A DNA stretch of 64,000 bases from a candidate division WOR-3 bacterium (GCA_037441285.1 JBBISL010000003.1:1-64000), one strand, 5' to 3'. Positions 48,931 through 58,981 are shown, counted from the stretch's first letter. A program made the numbers and translations. The notes: generated by a model from the sequence alone, not told the origin.

Positions 48931-49560
48931 ATGCACATCTCCACTGATATCTGGACCTGGTTGGCAGTTATCCTGACCTTTGGAATTTTCTCTTTCCTCT
49001 GGAAGGACAACCCATTTTACAAGTTTTGTGAGCATCTGTTTGTCGGGGTTTCAGTTGGCTATACGATTGCACTTACCTGGTACAATTCGGTGTATCCGGA
49101 CCTGATTACGCCCCTGTTCCGGCAGGGGAAGCCGCTTTACATAATTCCATTTGTCCTCGGCTTGTTCTACTTTGCCCGATTTATTCCCCAGGTTTCCTGG
49201 CTGGTGCGGATTCCGATGGGTTTTGTGCTGGGCTGGGCATCAGGGGTGGCGATACCCGCATTTTTCCAGACGAACATCATCAAGCAGATTCAGGGAACAC
49301 TTTTGACACCGGGGATTTTTAGCCGCTGGGATGTTTTTCTCTGGGCGCTGATTTCGTTTGTTGGCGTTATCTGTTCGGTACTTTACTTCTTTTTCTCCCG
49401 GGAGCACAAGGGCGCGCTTAAGGTTGCCGCTGACACCGGGATTGTTTTTCTGATGATTGGGTTTGGCGCTTCTTTTGGCTATACGGTTATGGCGCGTATG
49501 TCTCTGCTCATTGGCCGGTTCCAATTCCTTTTGCGCGACTGGTTAGGGGTGATAAAATAG
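48931..49560 (+). CDS. Uncharacterised multi-pass membrane protein
   Basis: SFLWKDNPFYKFCEHLFVGVSVGY; FLMIGFGASFGYTVMARMSLLIGR; about 6 TM; SD AGGAGG. Confidence 0.8.
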   Translation: MHISTDIWTWLAVILTFGIFSFLWKDNPFYKFCEHLFVGVSVGYTIALTWYNSVYPDLITPLFRQGKPLYIIPFVLGLFYFARFIPQVSWLVRIPMGFVLGWASGVAIPAFFQTNIIKQIQGTLLTPGIFSRWDVFLWALISFVGVICSVLYFFFSREHKGALKVAADTGIVFLMIGFGASFGYTVMARMSLLIGRFQFLLRDWLGVIK

Positions 49561-49618
49561 TTAACAGACGCACGATTTGCAGTGCGGTAAACAAGCGCGG
49601 TTGTGCAGGGGAGGTTAA

Positions 49619-51160
49619 ATGGGACTTTTAATCGGGCTTTTGCTTTTTTGTGGGGCGGGTAGCGGAGTTTATGTACCGACCGATTCCCGGATTTATGAAG
49701 ACTTTGATTTGCTGAAAACCGCGGGGTTGATTAAATCACTGCCTTCAACAAGCAAACCCTGGACCCGGGAAGAGTGCGAGAGACTTTTTTTTGAGGCGGA
49801 GTCGGTTGCCCGAAGTTGTCGGTTAAATGCGGCACAGCAGGCGGCGCGGGCAAGGTTGCGCTGGGAACTGATAAAGAAAAAACCGCTTGTTGGAATTGAC
49901 CTGTCCGAGACAGGCGAGTCCGGGAACCGATTGATTTTACTCAATTTGTTCGCCCGGATGCGGGCAGAACCGGGAAAGCAAAGGGTGTCGTTGGGTGTGA
50001 ATGCCGAAAACGAGCCCGCAGACCGGTTCTTTTTTTACGATGAGATGGCACCGGTGCTGCTTAATCCGAAAGAGCCAAGGATTCTTGACTCTGCCGGCTG
50101 GCACAATCCTAATGCCCGGGTTGTTTCCTGGCAGGACCGGGTTTTATGGGAGATGGAGCGGGCGTATTTGGGTGTTAAGTTTCCCGGCTTAAGGCTGGAA
50201 CTGGGCAGGGATGAGTTTTTCTGGGGACCGGGGTATCTGTCAAGCGTGATGCTTTCGGACCGGGCGCCGGCGCTGGACCATTTTCAACTCCTTTTGAAAG
50301 GGAGAAGTTTGAAGTTTCTTGCCTTTACCGCAATGCTTTCGCGCTGGAATCGTACCCATCGGTTTTTATCCGGGCAGCGGCTTGAGGTTTCGCTTTTTAA
50401 CCGGCTGGTTTTAGGTGGGGCGATGTTCAATGTTTACACCTATGAGAATGCCTGGGATTTTACCGGTATGCTTAACCCGCTTTTACCGCTCTATTTTTCG
50501 GTTGCCAATTCCGGACACGGCGACAACCTGTTGATGGGCTGGGATGCGGCGCTCTATTTGCCGAAAACCAAAATATACGGGCAGCTGTTTCTGGACAATT
50601 ATGAGTTCAATACTAGAAAGGATGCGCCAAACTGCGTTGGTTTGCAAGCCGGGTTTCTGCTAACACCCGGGGCTTTTGAGATTCGGGCTGAGTATGCGTT
50701 GATTACCGCATTTACCTATTACCACCGGATATATTCGATTATGTATGAGAACTATTCGGTGCCACTGGGTCATGAACTGGGACCAGATGCGGACCGGTTG
50801 TGGGCAAGGGTTTCTTATACGCCACTAACCTGGCTCAAAGCATCGGTTGCTGGAGATTGGTCCCGACGCGGTTATTACAATCGGGGCGGTTTTTCGCGCC
50901 AGAGTTACCAGATGAGCGATACCGTTTTTCTACGCCATCATTATCAGTTTCCGGCAAAGGGCTGGGATTCGACAAAAGCCGATGAGGATGTGGAGGTTGA
51001 AAAGGTGTTGCGGGCAGGACCAGAACTGGAGTTCAGTTTGCCGCGCGGGTTTTATCTTCAAGCCCTGGTTCAAGCGGCATATTATAAGAATCAGGGCGGG
51101 GTGCCGGACAAGAATGGGGTTGAGCCTGAATTTCTGTTAAAGTTGGAGTACCGCTATTAA
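49619..51160 (+). CDS. Wzi-family (capsule assembly) outer-membrane protein
   Basis: Signal peptide, KPWTR.E helical N-domain, LGRD..FWGPG....MLSD.AP, PLGH.LGPD, C-terminal aromatic LEYRY. Confidence 0.78.
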   Translation: MGLLIGLLLFCGAGSGVYVPTDSRIYEDFDLLKTAGLIKSLPSTSKPWTREECERLFFEAESVARSCRLNAAQQAARARLRWELIKKKPLVGIDLSETGESGNRLILLNLFARMRAEPGKQRVSLGVNAENEPADRFFFYDEMAPVLLNPKEPRILDSAGWHNPNARVVSWQDRVLWEMERAYLGVKFPGLRLELGRDEFFWGPGYLSSVMLSDRAPALDHFQLLLKGRSLKFLAFTAMLSRWNRTHRFLSGQRLEVSLFNRLVLGGAMFNVYTYENAWDFTGMLNPLLPLYFSVANSGHGDNLLMGWDAALYLPKTKIYGQLFLDNYEFNTRKDAPNCVGLQAGFLLTPGAFEIRAEYALITAFTYYHRIYSIMYENYSVPLGHELGPDADRLWARVSYTPLTWLKASVAGDWSRRGYYNRGGFSRQSYQMSDTVFLRHHYQFPAKGWDSTKADEDVEVEKVLRAGPELEFSLPRGFYLQALVQAAYYKNQGGVPDKNGVEPEFLLKLEYRY

Positions 51161-51816
51161 GGCGCGAGTTTTAACCCGAGCGTTTGTTCCAGTTCTGACT
51201 TTTTGATGTCTCCTTCCCGTAGAAGGCGGGGTGGATGCGTTGTCAGGTCGAGGATTGTTGAGGGGTTGCCGGAACCGATTTTTCCCGCATTAATCGCAAA
51301 GTCAACCTGGGCGACGAGTTCCGGGTTAAGTGCATTGAAGTCGTTGGTTGCCGGCTGACCATGGACATTGGCGCTCGTACCGGCAAGCGGTGCGCCAAGC
51401 CGGGACACGATTTCACGAAATATCGGGTTGTTGACCACTCTGATTCCGATGGTGTCTTTTCCCCCGGTTAAAATGTCGGGTGTTCGGAAAGAAGAGTAGA
51501 AGATTAAGGCGAGGGGCCCGGGTAGAAACCTTTCTGCGAGGAGGTGGGCAATATCCGGGATTTGTTTCACATAAGGGGTTGCCTGTTTTAGGGTATAACA
51601 GTGGATGAGGCAGGACTGTTGAATAGGGCGTTTTTTGATTTCATAGAGGCGCTGAATCGCATCTGGACAGCGGATATCGACACCGATGCCGTATACGGTT
51701 TCGGTGGGAAAGAGGAGGACACCGCCGTTTAAGAGATTTTTAACCACCCGGTCAATGAATTCATGGTCTTGTGCCCGATGAGAATCATAGTTGCCAGGTT
51801 TGACAATTTCTGCCAT
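51157..51816 (-). CDS. tsaC: L-threonylcarbamoyladenylate synthase (TsaC/YrdC)
   Basis: FPTETVYGIG, IKKRP, PGPL, GIR, TSAN, STI.D, LREG. Confidence 0.93.
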   Translation of the reverse strand: MAEIVKPGNYDSHRAQDHEFIDRVVKNLLNGGVLLFPTETVYGIGVDIRCPDAIQRLYEIKKRPIQQSCLIHCYTLKQATPYVKQIPDIAHLLAERFLPGPLALIFYSSFRTPDILTGGKDTIGIRVVNNPIFREIVSRLGAPLAGTSANVHGQPATNDFNALNPELVAQVDFAINAGKIGSGNPSTILDLTTHPPRLLREGDIKKSELEQTLGLKLAP

Positions 51817-53733
51817 CTACAAAGCGGATGTGATTTCGGTGACCGTCAGGGTTTTATCACCCATCTTGACTTTATCACCGGGCTTTTTGCCGATGAGTTC
51901 CTGAGCAAGGGGAGATTGAAAGGAGATGATGCCGTTTTCCGGGTCTGCATCCCAGGGTCCGAGTATGGAAAACTCGTGATTTTTACCTTCTTCGTCCTGC
52001 AGTTTTACCCGAGAACCAATCTTCACGATGTCAGATTCAAACTTCTCCGGTTCGATAGGTTTTGCCCGGGAAAGGTCAGCGCGTAAACGGTTTATTTTTT
52101 CCATCAGGCGCGCCTGTTTCTCTTTTGCCGCTTTGTATTCATAATTTTCCGAAAGGTCGCCGAAACTGCGGGCGCGGGCGATTTCTTCTGCGGTGCGCGG
52201 CAGTTCCTCCTCGGTCAACTTTTTAAGTTCTGCCTTCGCTTTTTCGATGCCGGCAACCGTACTCCAGATGAATTTGGCTTCGGGCTCGGTTTTGAGTCCG
52301 GAAAATTGCTCAAAGAAGATAGTGCTGATTTCGTCCTGCTGGTACGGTTCTAAGATGCGAACGCGGCGGATGCGTTCCAACAGTTTTTCCGCCTCTTTTT
52401 CGGTGATTTCGGCTAATGTTTTGAGGATAATCTGGTACTTATTGTTTAGTAAGATTCTCTTTACCCGGTTGGTAATGGAGCGGTTTTTTTCGGTCTCAAG
52501 CAGGTCAAGGAGGCGGGTAAGAATCGGGCGATAGGAACCGATGGTTGTTTCGGCGAGGAAGAGGAATGGGTCAATATTGATGCGGTACGATGTCAGGGTC
52601 AATTCGACCAACATCTGATAGGTGGCTGGTTTTTCATCCCTTAGTTTTTTTAGGATGATGGTGCGGGTTGTGTTGTCCGGGGTGACGGGAAAGATACGGG
52701 CATAGAGCGTTTCCCAGTCGTCGGTCCGCTGGAGCATTATCTCTTTGAGTAGTTTTTTCCTTTCGGTAGTCGTGCGCAGGTTCTGAAAAGCCGCGATGAT
52801 ATCTTCGGGGCTCATGGTTGAGAGGCGGGAGTAGTCGAAACGCGGGGCAGAGGGGGCTTTTGTCGGGGAAGCGGACAAAACATCATCCGGTTTTTTCTCT
52901 TTATTAGGTTCATCGGTCCAGCGGTAGATGCGGTTAGGTCGGGTTTGAAGTTCGATGTGGGGATGCTGTAATAAACCACGCCGTGCCTTTTCCCAGAGAT
53001 TGGTGTAATTTTGCGTCTCAATAATGGGGGTCAAATATTTCTGAATGTCGGCGCCGGACATCCATTGACGGGTGTCCTTTAGTAAAAGGGCGATGACGGC
53101 AGCGGGGTCATCGGTGATGAGTTTTTTTAGATATTGCGGCTGTTTTTCCTGAAGGGCAAAAAAACCATCAGCCGCGGGAAAACTGAAAGCGCGGCTGGCG
53201 GTTGCAATGTCGAAGGTGGCTTCTTCCCCGGATTGAAATAAAATTGTAACCCGGTCGAACAACAGGTCGAGTTTTTTCACTTTACCCGGTCCACGCTGCG
53301 GGTCAAAGATTAATTTACCGGGTGCCAGTTTTATGTAACGGTCAAACTGGTCAAGCGCCTCAGAGAGCGGTTTCCCATAGCCCAAGCCGGATTTCTGGAG
53401 CATTTTTTCCAAAAGCGGTTCATCAGGATAGATTTTGTGCAGGCAGGTGGTAAGTTCGGTTGTTAATTTGCTGTCGTCGGGTGTAAGTCCGACAAGACGG
53501 CGCAAAACGACCAACTCATCCTGATACCGTTTCTGTTCTGTTAGGGCATCGGCAAGAACCCAGAGGAGGGGCGGCGTTTTTTCCGGTGCCCAACGCTGGA
53601 CAAGGTCAATAAGGTTGAGGAGCTCCTGGAACGGCAGGTTGAGTTGAAGCAGTTCCAGCCAGGTTGCCTCCATTTCGTCAAACTTCTTGGTTCCCAGCTG
53701 GATACGGAAAAGTTTTATCAGTTCTTCACTCAT
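51817..53733 (-). CDS. greA: Long-form transcription elongation factor GreA (~480-aa N-terminal extension)
   Basis: C-terminal ARSFGDLSENYEYKAAKE, ILGPWDADP..GIISFQSPLA..L.GK. Confidence 0.88.
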   Translation of the reverse strand: MSEELIKLFRIQLGTKKFDEMEATWLELLQLNLPFQELLNLIDLVQRWAPEKTPPLLWVLADALTEQKRYQDELVVLRRLVGLTPDDSKLTTELTTCLHKIYPDEPLLEKMLQKSGLGYGKPLSEALDQFDRYIKLAPGKLIFDPQRGPGKVKKLDLLFDRVTILFQSGEEATFDIATASRAFSFPAADGFFALQEKQPQYLKKLITDDPAAVIALLLKDTRQWMSGADIQKYLTPIIETQNYTNLWEKARRGLLQHPHIELQTRPNRIYRWTDEPNKEKKPDDVLSASPTKAPSAPRFDYSRLSTMSPEDIIAAFQNLRTTTERKKLLKEIMLQRTDDWETLYARIFPVTPDNTTRTIILKKLRDEKPATYQMLVELTLTSYRINIDPFLFLAETTIGSYRPILTRLLDLLETEKNRSITNRVKRILLNNKYQIILKTLAEITEKEAEKLLERIRRVRILEPYQQDEISTIFFEQFSGLKTEPEAKFIWSTVAGIEKAKAELKKLTEEELPRTAEEIARARSFGDLSENYEYKAAKEKQARLMEKINRLRADLSRAKPIEPEKFESDIVKIGSRVKLQDEEGKNHEFSILGPWDADPENGIISFQSPLAQELIGKKPGDKVKMGDKTLTVTEITSAL

Positions 53734-53815
53734 CTTGCCTCTTTTCTACCAGCATAGTGTCCAGGATGCTTTGGAGAAATGTGCGAGCTTCTTCCCCAAT
53801 ACATAGGTAAAAATT

Positions 53816-53883
53816 AGACTATTCACAATTTCTTTATAGTCAAGCAGGTTTTTCCTTGACCGGGGGAATACCGCGGATAGTTT
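53816..53883. promoter_or_regulatory. Back-to-back promoters for greA (-) and mscS remnant (+)
   Basis: Minus strand TTGACT-16-TAGTCT (53843-53816); plus strand TTGACC-16-TAGTTT-6-ATG (53856-53883). Confidence 0.6.
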
Positions 53884-53889
53884 TAATTG

Positions 53890-54382
53890 ATGAGTTTTAA
53901 AGAATTTCTTGTGCCGGTGGGAGTTGTAATTTGCGGGTTCCTCATCGGTTGGTTGTGCGAGATGGTGATAAGGCACTGGTTAAAAAGATTAGCCCGACGC
54001 ACGAAGTGGCAGGGAGACGATATTATAATCTATGCTTTCGAGGGGTGGATTGTTGTAGTGTTATGATAGTGACCTTGAAAAGGTGGAACAGGTTACGCTG
54101 GATGTGGCACGGAAGGTGATGAAGGAGGTGCCGGGTGGCGTTGCTGACGCTGAGCCGGTCATTCGGTTTCACACATTTGGGGAGTTCAGTATCAATTTCA
54201 CAGTATTTTTACGGGTGAAAGATGCGGTTTCTCAGTATCCGGTTAAGCATGAATTTATCAAGCGGCTTCATCACCGTTATCAGGAAGAGGGAATAGTCAT
54301 TCCGTTTCCGATTCGAACCGTACTCCGGCATCAGGTGCCAGACCGAAAGGAAAATTCGTTTGACAGAAATCAAATGGTTTAA
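53890..54382 (+). pseudogene. mscS: Internally deleted mechanosensitive channel MscS gene
   Basis: N-terminal fragment MSFKEFLVP..TM..RRTKWQGDDIII (stop 54064-54066) joined out of frame to C-terminal YDSDLEKVEQ...FGEFSINF...GIVIPFP; central TM and beta-domain absent. Confidence 0.8.
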
Positions 54383-54397
54383 TAATATGTAAAGTAT

Positions 54398-55960
54398 ATG
54401 AAAGTTAAACTTGCCGGTTACAACATCGATGCCGATTTGATTGACAGTTTGGTAAAGAACCGCCGGGTGGTGCCGACACCAGAAGTTATCGCCGCGGCTT
54501 ACGCCCGAATCAGTCGCAGTCAGAAGTCGATTGAGCAGTTGCGGAGCGAAGCACGCCGGGAGTTGAAAAAGGCACGCCAGTCCAATCGGACGATTGTGTT
54601 CGAAATGGGGCATCACTCAATCGCCGAGCATGCGGTTTTTAATTTTGATATCACCGAGGTTTCCCGGTTGGCGGTAGAGGCGATTGAACATCACCGGCTG
54701 GCTTCGTTTACTGAGCGTTCGCAGCGTTATGTTCAACTGGAAAATCAGTTTGTTGTTCCCGCCGAAATTCAGAATTCCGAATTCTTAGGGGACTATCTCA
54801 ACATCATCCGGCTTCAGAACGAAACCTATCACCGGCTGTTTGAGCGGTTGAAGGAGCATATTACCGCTACCAGGCCCGATTTGAAGGACGACCCGGGAAG
54901 GGTTGAGAATCTGGCAAAGGAGGATGCCCGATACATAACCAGTCTGGCAACTCAGACACAACTCGGGATGACGGTGAATGCTCGAACTCTGGAGTTGATG
55001 TTGCGCCGGCTCGCCGCAAATGAGTTGAGCGAGGTACGGGCGCTGGCAGAGGAGCTGTACCACCAGGTGGAGGCGGTTGCCCCTTCGCTTTTGATATTTA
55101 CCGGTCCAACCGATTATGAACGAAACACCTATCCGCGGTTGCGGGAGTTTGCCCGGACCTTTATGACCCGACCTTTTCCCCGCAGGCCGCGTAATCTGAT
55201 TGCAATGTCGGCATCAGATGTGACACTGGTTGACTATACCCAGAACGCCGACAACAAACTGCTTGCCTGTCTGATGCATTGTGCCTCCCAAGCCTCCTAT
55301 ATGGAATGTTTTTCCCGTTCGGAAAAGCAGACCCTGGCAAGGAAAAAGGAGATTTTCAAGCTGGCGTGCCAGGATTTACAGGCTTACGATGCGGTGCTGC
55401 GTGAGTTTGAGCATCTTTACCTGACATTTGAACTGGTCATTTCGGCTGCCTGTTTTGCCCAGTTAAAGCGCCATCGGCTTACAACAATTACCGTCCAGCC
55501 TTACGACCCGGATTTAGGCTGGACGATTCCAGTTTCGGTTGCGGAGTTAAAAGAGCACAAGAGTTTTAAAGAGGTACTCGCTCAGACCGAGGAAGTTTAT
55601 GATAAGATTGCGGCTTTCAATCCGCTGGTTGCCCAGTATGTTTTGACGAACTCTCATCAAAGGCGGGTACTAATTACGATGAACGCCCGGGAGTTGTACC
55701 ATCTGTCACGACTCCGTCAGGACCCTTCAGCCCAATGGGATATCAGAGATATCGTAGGTCGAATGGTTGAGCAGGCGCGCAATGTGATGCCCTTGACCTT
55801 GCTCCTTGCTGGGGGCAAAGAAGATTACCCCCGGGTTTATCAGGAGTTGTACGGTAAACCACCCCGGGTCACAAAGCTTGAACTGCCGCAAGAGCGGGAA
55901 ATCAACAATACCAGCAAAAATAGCCCAAAGCAGAACCGAAGGCAGAACCGTGAACATTAG
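54398..55960 (+). CDS. thyX: FAD-dependent thymidylate synthase, tandem-domain form
   Basis: GHHSIAEH, HHRLASFTERSQRY, EDARY, TVNAR; second repeat REFEH, QLKRHR, MNARELYH..RLR...AQWDIR; promoter TTGACA-17-TAATAT. Confidence 0.9.
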   Translation: MKVKLAGYNIDADLIDSLVKNRRVVPTPEVIAAAYARISRSQKSIEQLRSEARRELKKARQSNRTIVFEMGHHSIAEHAVFNFDITEVSRLAVEAIEHHRLASFTERSQRYVQLENQFVVPAEIQNSEFLGDYLNIIRLQNETYHRLFERLKEHITATRPDLKDDPGRVENLAKEDARYITSLATQTQLGMTVNARTLELMLRRLAANELSEVRALAEELYHQVEAVAPSLLIFTGPTDYERNTYPRLREFARTFMTRPFPRRPRNLIAMSASDVTLVDYTQNADNKLLACLMHCASQASYMECFSRSEKQTLARKKEIFKLACQDLQAYDAVLREFEHLYLTFELVISAACFAQLKRHRLTTITVQPYDPDLGWTIPVSVAELKEHKSFKEVLAQTEEVYDKIAAFNPLVAQYVLTNSHQRRVLITMNARELYHLSRLRQDPSAQWDIRDIVGRMVEQARNVMPLTLLLAGGKEDYPRVYQELYGKPPRVTKLELPQEREINNTSKNSPKQNRRQNREH

Positions 55961-56297
55961 TAATAATCAAGAATTGAAAGAGGCGGTTAAACGGCGGGAG
56001 CCGGAACTGGTTATTATTGACCCTAATTTGATAAAGCGGGTGCGTTTGTTCCTCGGATTGCGGCAGGCGGCAAATATACTGGTTTTTGTAATTCTTGCGG
56101 TGGCGATATTTATGTGGGCGAACCCATTCCGAGTCCAATTTTTTGAGGCAAACAGCGGTCGGCTTTTGCGCCAGATACTTTTGGGGATTGGCATACTGTT
56201 GTTGTTCGCCGATTACCTGATGCCGGTTGCCCGTTATTATAAAATAGGTCGCTATGAAGAAGGTCGATTACAACTGGCTTTGAGAAAGCCAAAATAG
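55950..56297 (+). CDS. Small two-TM hypothetical protein
   Basis: GTG 55950 overlaps the thyX end; two hydrophobic helices. Confidence 0.6.
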   Translation: MNISNNQELKEAVKRREPELVIIDPNLIKRVRLFLGLRQAANILVFVILAVAIFMWANPFRVQFFEANSGRLLRQILLGIGILLLFADYLMPVARYYKIGRYEEGRLQLALRKPK

Positions 56298-56302
56298 GAG
56301 GT

Positions 56303-58069
56303 TTGATGCGTTGTTTAACCTTCTTCTTTTTCCCGGTGCTGGTCTGGGCGCAGTTAAACTATCTGCCAGCCAGTAACGGTTTTTACAATAATCCGGCACT
56401 TGAAGAAGGGCGGACCGAACTTGAGTTTGCCGACATCAACAATGATGGCAATGTTGACATCCTTTCGATTGGGGACCACGGCAGTCCTTATGTTAACACT
56501 CAGGAGCACGGAGTTATGGTCTGGTTCGGTGATGGCGAGGGCAACTGGTCGCTCTATCAGTACGGAAATTTTGGTTACGGCGGGATTGCGGTGGGCGATG
56601 CGAACTGGGATGGAAACTGGGATGTTGGTTACGGGATGCATCACAACTATTCCGGGGAAGACTTGGGCGATGATATGCTGGAGGTGGCATTAGGTGATGG
56701 AACGGGCAGGATGTGGTATGCCTGGGATGACAGTCTGGTGCGGGGTGGCACGGTCTGGGGGATGTTTAATACCGACTTTGCCGATGTTAACCACGATGGA
56801 CTCTTGGATGTGGGTGCGTGTTCGTTTGGTTACGGTGTTGGTTTGCGGGTTTTTCTCAATCTTGGTAATGGTACCTGGCGGAAAAGTTTTGGTTTACCGG
56901 AAAGCAGTAACTGTGATATGGAGTTTTATTTCCGGGATGTTAATCGGGATGGCAACCTTGATATCATCTGTGCGGTTGCTGGTCCAGCGGTCTATTTTGG
57001 TGACGGAACCGGTAACTTTTATCCAGGTGATTCGGGACTGCCACGCTCCAATTACGGGTTGTCAGGGATTTCCCCGGGTGATGTTGATAACGATGGCGGA
57101 GATGACATTGCGTTCGTGAATAATAGCAGTGGGATAGAGGTATGGCGCTGGAATAGTACGCTGCGGGTCTGGCAGAACTTTTCCGGAAATCTTCCTGTCA
57201 CCGACTCTTTTTATGCAACGCAACTGGTTGATATGAACCGGGATGGGTTTGTAGACCTTTTGGGGTTACAGAAATGGGCGGTCAAAATCTGGGCGGGTGA
57301 TGGTCAGGGGAACTGGACCGAGATGGCTAATGTGCCCCTTAATCGGGTAACAGATTATGGGGCATTTCGGGCTGGAGCCGATTTTGACCATAATGGCTAT
57401 CCCGACTTTGCAGTGGTTGTTGAGCAGGGGACCTGGCCCAGTTATAAAAACTATGCCTATGCCTTTCGAGAGTCGAGTCCCAGGGAGAGTTTACGAATTT
57501 TCCCGGTGTTTCCTCGGGGTGGTGAAAGATTCTGGCAGGGTACGGTGCAGTTTATTGACTGGTGGAGCGAAGCGCCCGGGGCTGAGTCAAGTCGGGTGAG
57601 ACTGGAACTTTCCACAACCGGTTCAGGCGGACCCTGGAGGTTGATTGCCGACAGTTTGCCCAATGCCGGCAGGTTTCAGTGGCTGGTGCCAGAAAGCATC
57701 AGTTCCAATAACTGCTTCATAAAATATACGGTATTCAAGGCGGGCGAAGCGTACGCGGCGGTTACGGCTCGTCCTTTCTTCATCGGAGATCCGACCGGCA
57801 TAGAACAAAGGTCGGTTTTAATTACGGTTGGCGAAGGGATAAAAATCCGGTCCAATCCAGTAAACAGGTATATACGGGTCGAGTTCGGTTCTGCGGTTGC
57901 GGCCGGAAAAAAGGTAATGTTGTGCGACCACAGTGGTCGAGTAATCAAAGAATTTACCGTTTCGGCAGGCAGGCCCGAGACGACGCTTGACATCAGGGAG
58001 TTGGGTGCCGGAGTCTATTTTGTCAATGTTGAAGGCACCAGACCTGCCAAGTTTGTTGTCGTAAAATAG
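56303..58069 (+). CDS. Secreted FG-GAP/VCBS-repeat beta-propeller protein with T9SS-type C-terminal domain
   Basis: Seven DxNxDGxxD-like repeats; signal peptide; P.GGE Ig-like domain; NPV...G.VI...L.AGVYFV..KFVVVK. Confidence 0.85.
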   Translation: MMRCLTFFFFPVLVWAQLNYLPASNGFYNNPALEEGRTELEFADINNDGNVDILSIGDHGSPYVNTQEHGVMVWFGDGEGNWSLYQYGNFGYGGIAVGDANWDGNWDVGYGMHHNYSGEDLGDDMLEVALGDGTGRMWYAWDDSLVRGGTVWGMFNTDFADVNHDGLLDVGACSFGYGVGLRVFLNLGNGTWRKSFGLPESSNCDMEFYFRDVNRDGNLDIICAVAGPAVYFGDGTGNFYPGDSGLPRSNYGLSGISPGDVDNDGGDDIAFVNNSSGIEVWRWNSTLRVWQNFSGNLPVTDSFYATQLVDMNRDGFVDLLGLQKWAVKIWAGDGQGNWTEMANVPLNRVTDYGAFRAGADFDHNGYPDFAVVVEQGTWPSYKNYAYAFRESSPRESLRIFPVFPRGGERFWQGTVQFIDWWSEAPGAESSRVRLELSTTGSGGPWRLIADSLPNAGRFQWLVPESISSNNCFIKYTVFKAGEAYAAVTARPFFIGDPTGIEQRSVLITVGEGIKIRSNPVNRYIRVEFGSAVAAGKKVMLCDHSGRVIKEFTVSAGRPETTLDIRELGAGVYFVNVEGTRPAKFVVVK

Positions 58070-58083
58070 TAAAAGGAGGAAGT

Positions 58084-58932
58084 ATGCAAAAAATGTTCGT
58101 GCTAACGCTCGGGCTGCTTTTTATCCTGGGCGCAGTGGGCTGTCACAAACAGGATGTGGAGAAGGACAAGGCGGCGATAAAAGCGCTGGTTGAGCAGGAT
58201 ACGGTGCACTTTTCCGCCAGCACGAGCCATGATTCCACTTCTGGTGGGGGTTATTTTACCGCCGGTGATACCGCGGTTTTCTGGTGGCGGGGACCCCAGA
58301 CGCACGATCAACCGGTAATTGATGTTAAAATCGTGGAAGATTCAGCCTATGTTCAATGGTCAAGGCACAACTTTGGGGAAATTCACATACTCGTCCAGCC
58401 GCCGGACACCAGTCTGCTACTCTGGAATAAACCACTGAAAGAAACTGCACGCCTCTGTGCAATATTTAAACGGGAAGGAAAAGAGACCGACACCGACCGG
58501 GGTTGGCGTTTGAAGAAAATTTCGCTTGCCATTGGAGCGTCTGACTCAGTCCAGACGGTGCGAATTGATTCGTTCCGGGTGCAGAGTTCGTTGCGGGAAC
58601 TGGTGGTCAAAGACCCGTTAGGAACATTTTTCCCGATTGATAGTCTGTTTTCCTTTACCCCAGGTGAACAGGTTACGGTTACCCTATACACCAACGCTAC
58701 TGATGGATTGGCGTTTTTGCACACCTTTGTTCTAATCTGGCCCTTCTATATCAGGGTGCCGTTCAATTATCTGGGCGATGGTGTATTCCAGGGAACCTGG
58801 CAGGCGCAACTTGTGCCAACCTTCCGGTTTGCGATTTTTGACCTGATGCCCCGCTCGGTTATTTATTCGCCCGACTATCCCTATGACTTTCACGGCTGGC
58901 TTTTCTGTTATCAGGTGAAGACTGCGGAGTAA
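58084..58932 (+). CDS. Hypothetical lipoprotein
   Basis: Lipobox AVGC; SD AGGAGG. Confidence 0.75.
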   Translation: MQKMFVLTLGLLFILGAVGCHKQDVEKDKAAIKALVEQDTVHFSASTSHDSTSGGGYFTAGDTAVFWWRGPQTHDQPVIDVKIVEDSAYVQWSRHNFGEIHILVQPPDTSLLLWNKPLKETARLCAIFKREGKETDTDRGWRLKKISLAIGASDSVQTVRIDSFRVQSSLRELVVKDPLGTFFPIDSLFSFTPGEQVTVTLYTNATDGLAFLHTFVLIWPFYIRVPFNYLGDGVFQGTWQAQLVPTFRFAIFDLMPRSVIYSPDYPYDFHGWLFCYQVKTAE

Positions 58933-58949
58933 GGCATTGCACAGTTCTC

Positions 58950-58981
58950 GGGGGAGCCAATTCGGCTCCCCCTTTGTTTTT
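58950..58981 (+). terminator. Intrinsic terminator
   Basis: GGGGGAGCC-AATTC-GGCTCCCCC-TTTGTTTTT. Confidence 0.88.
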
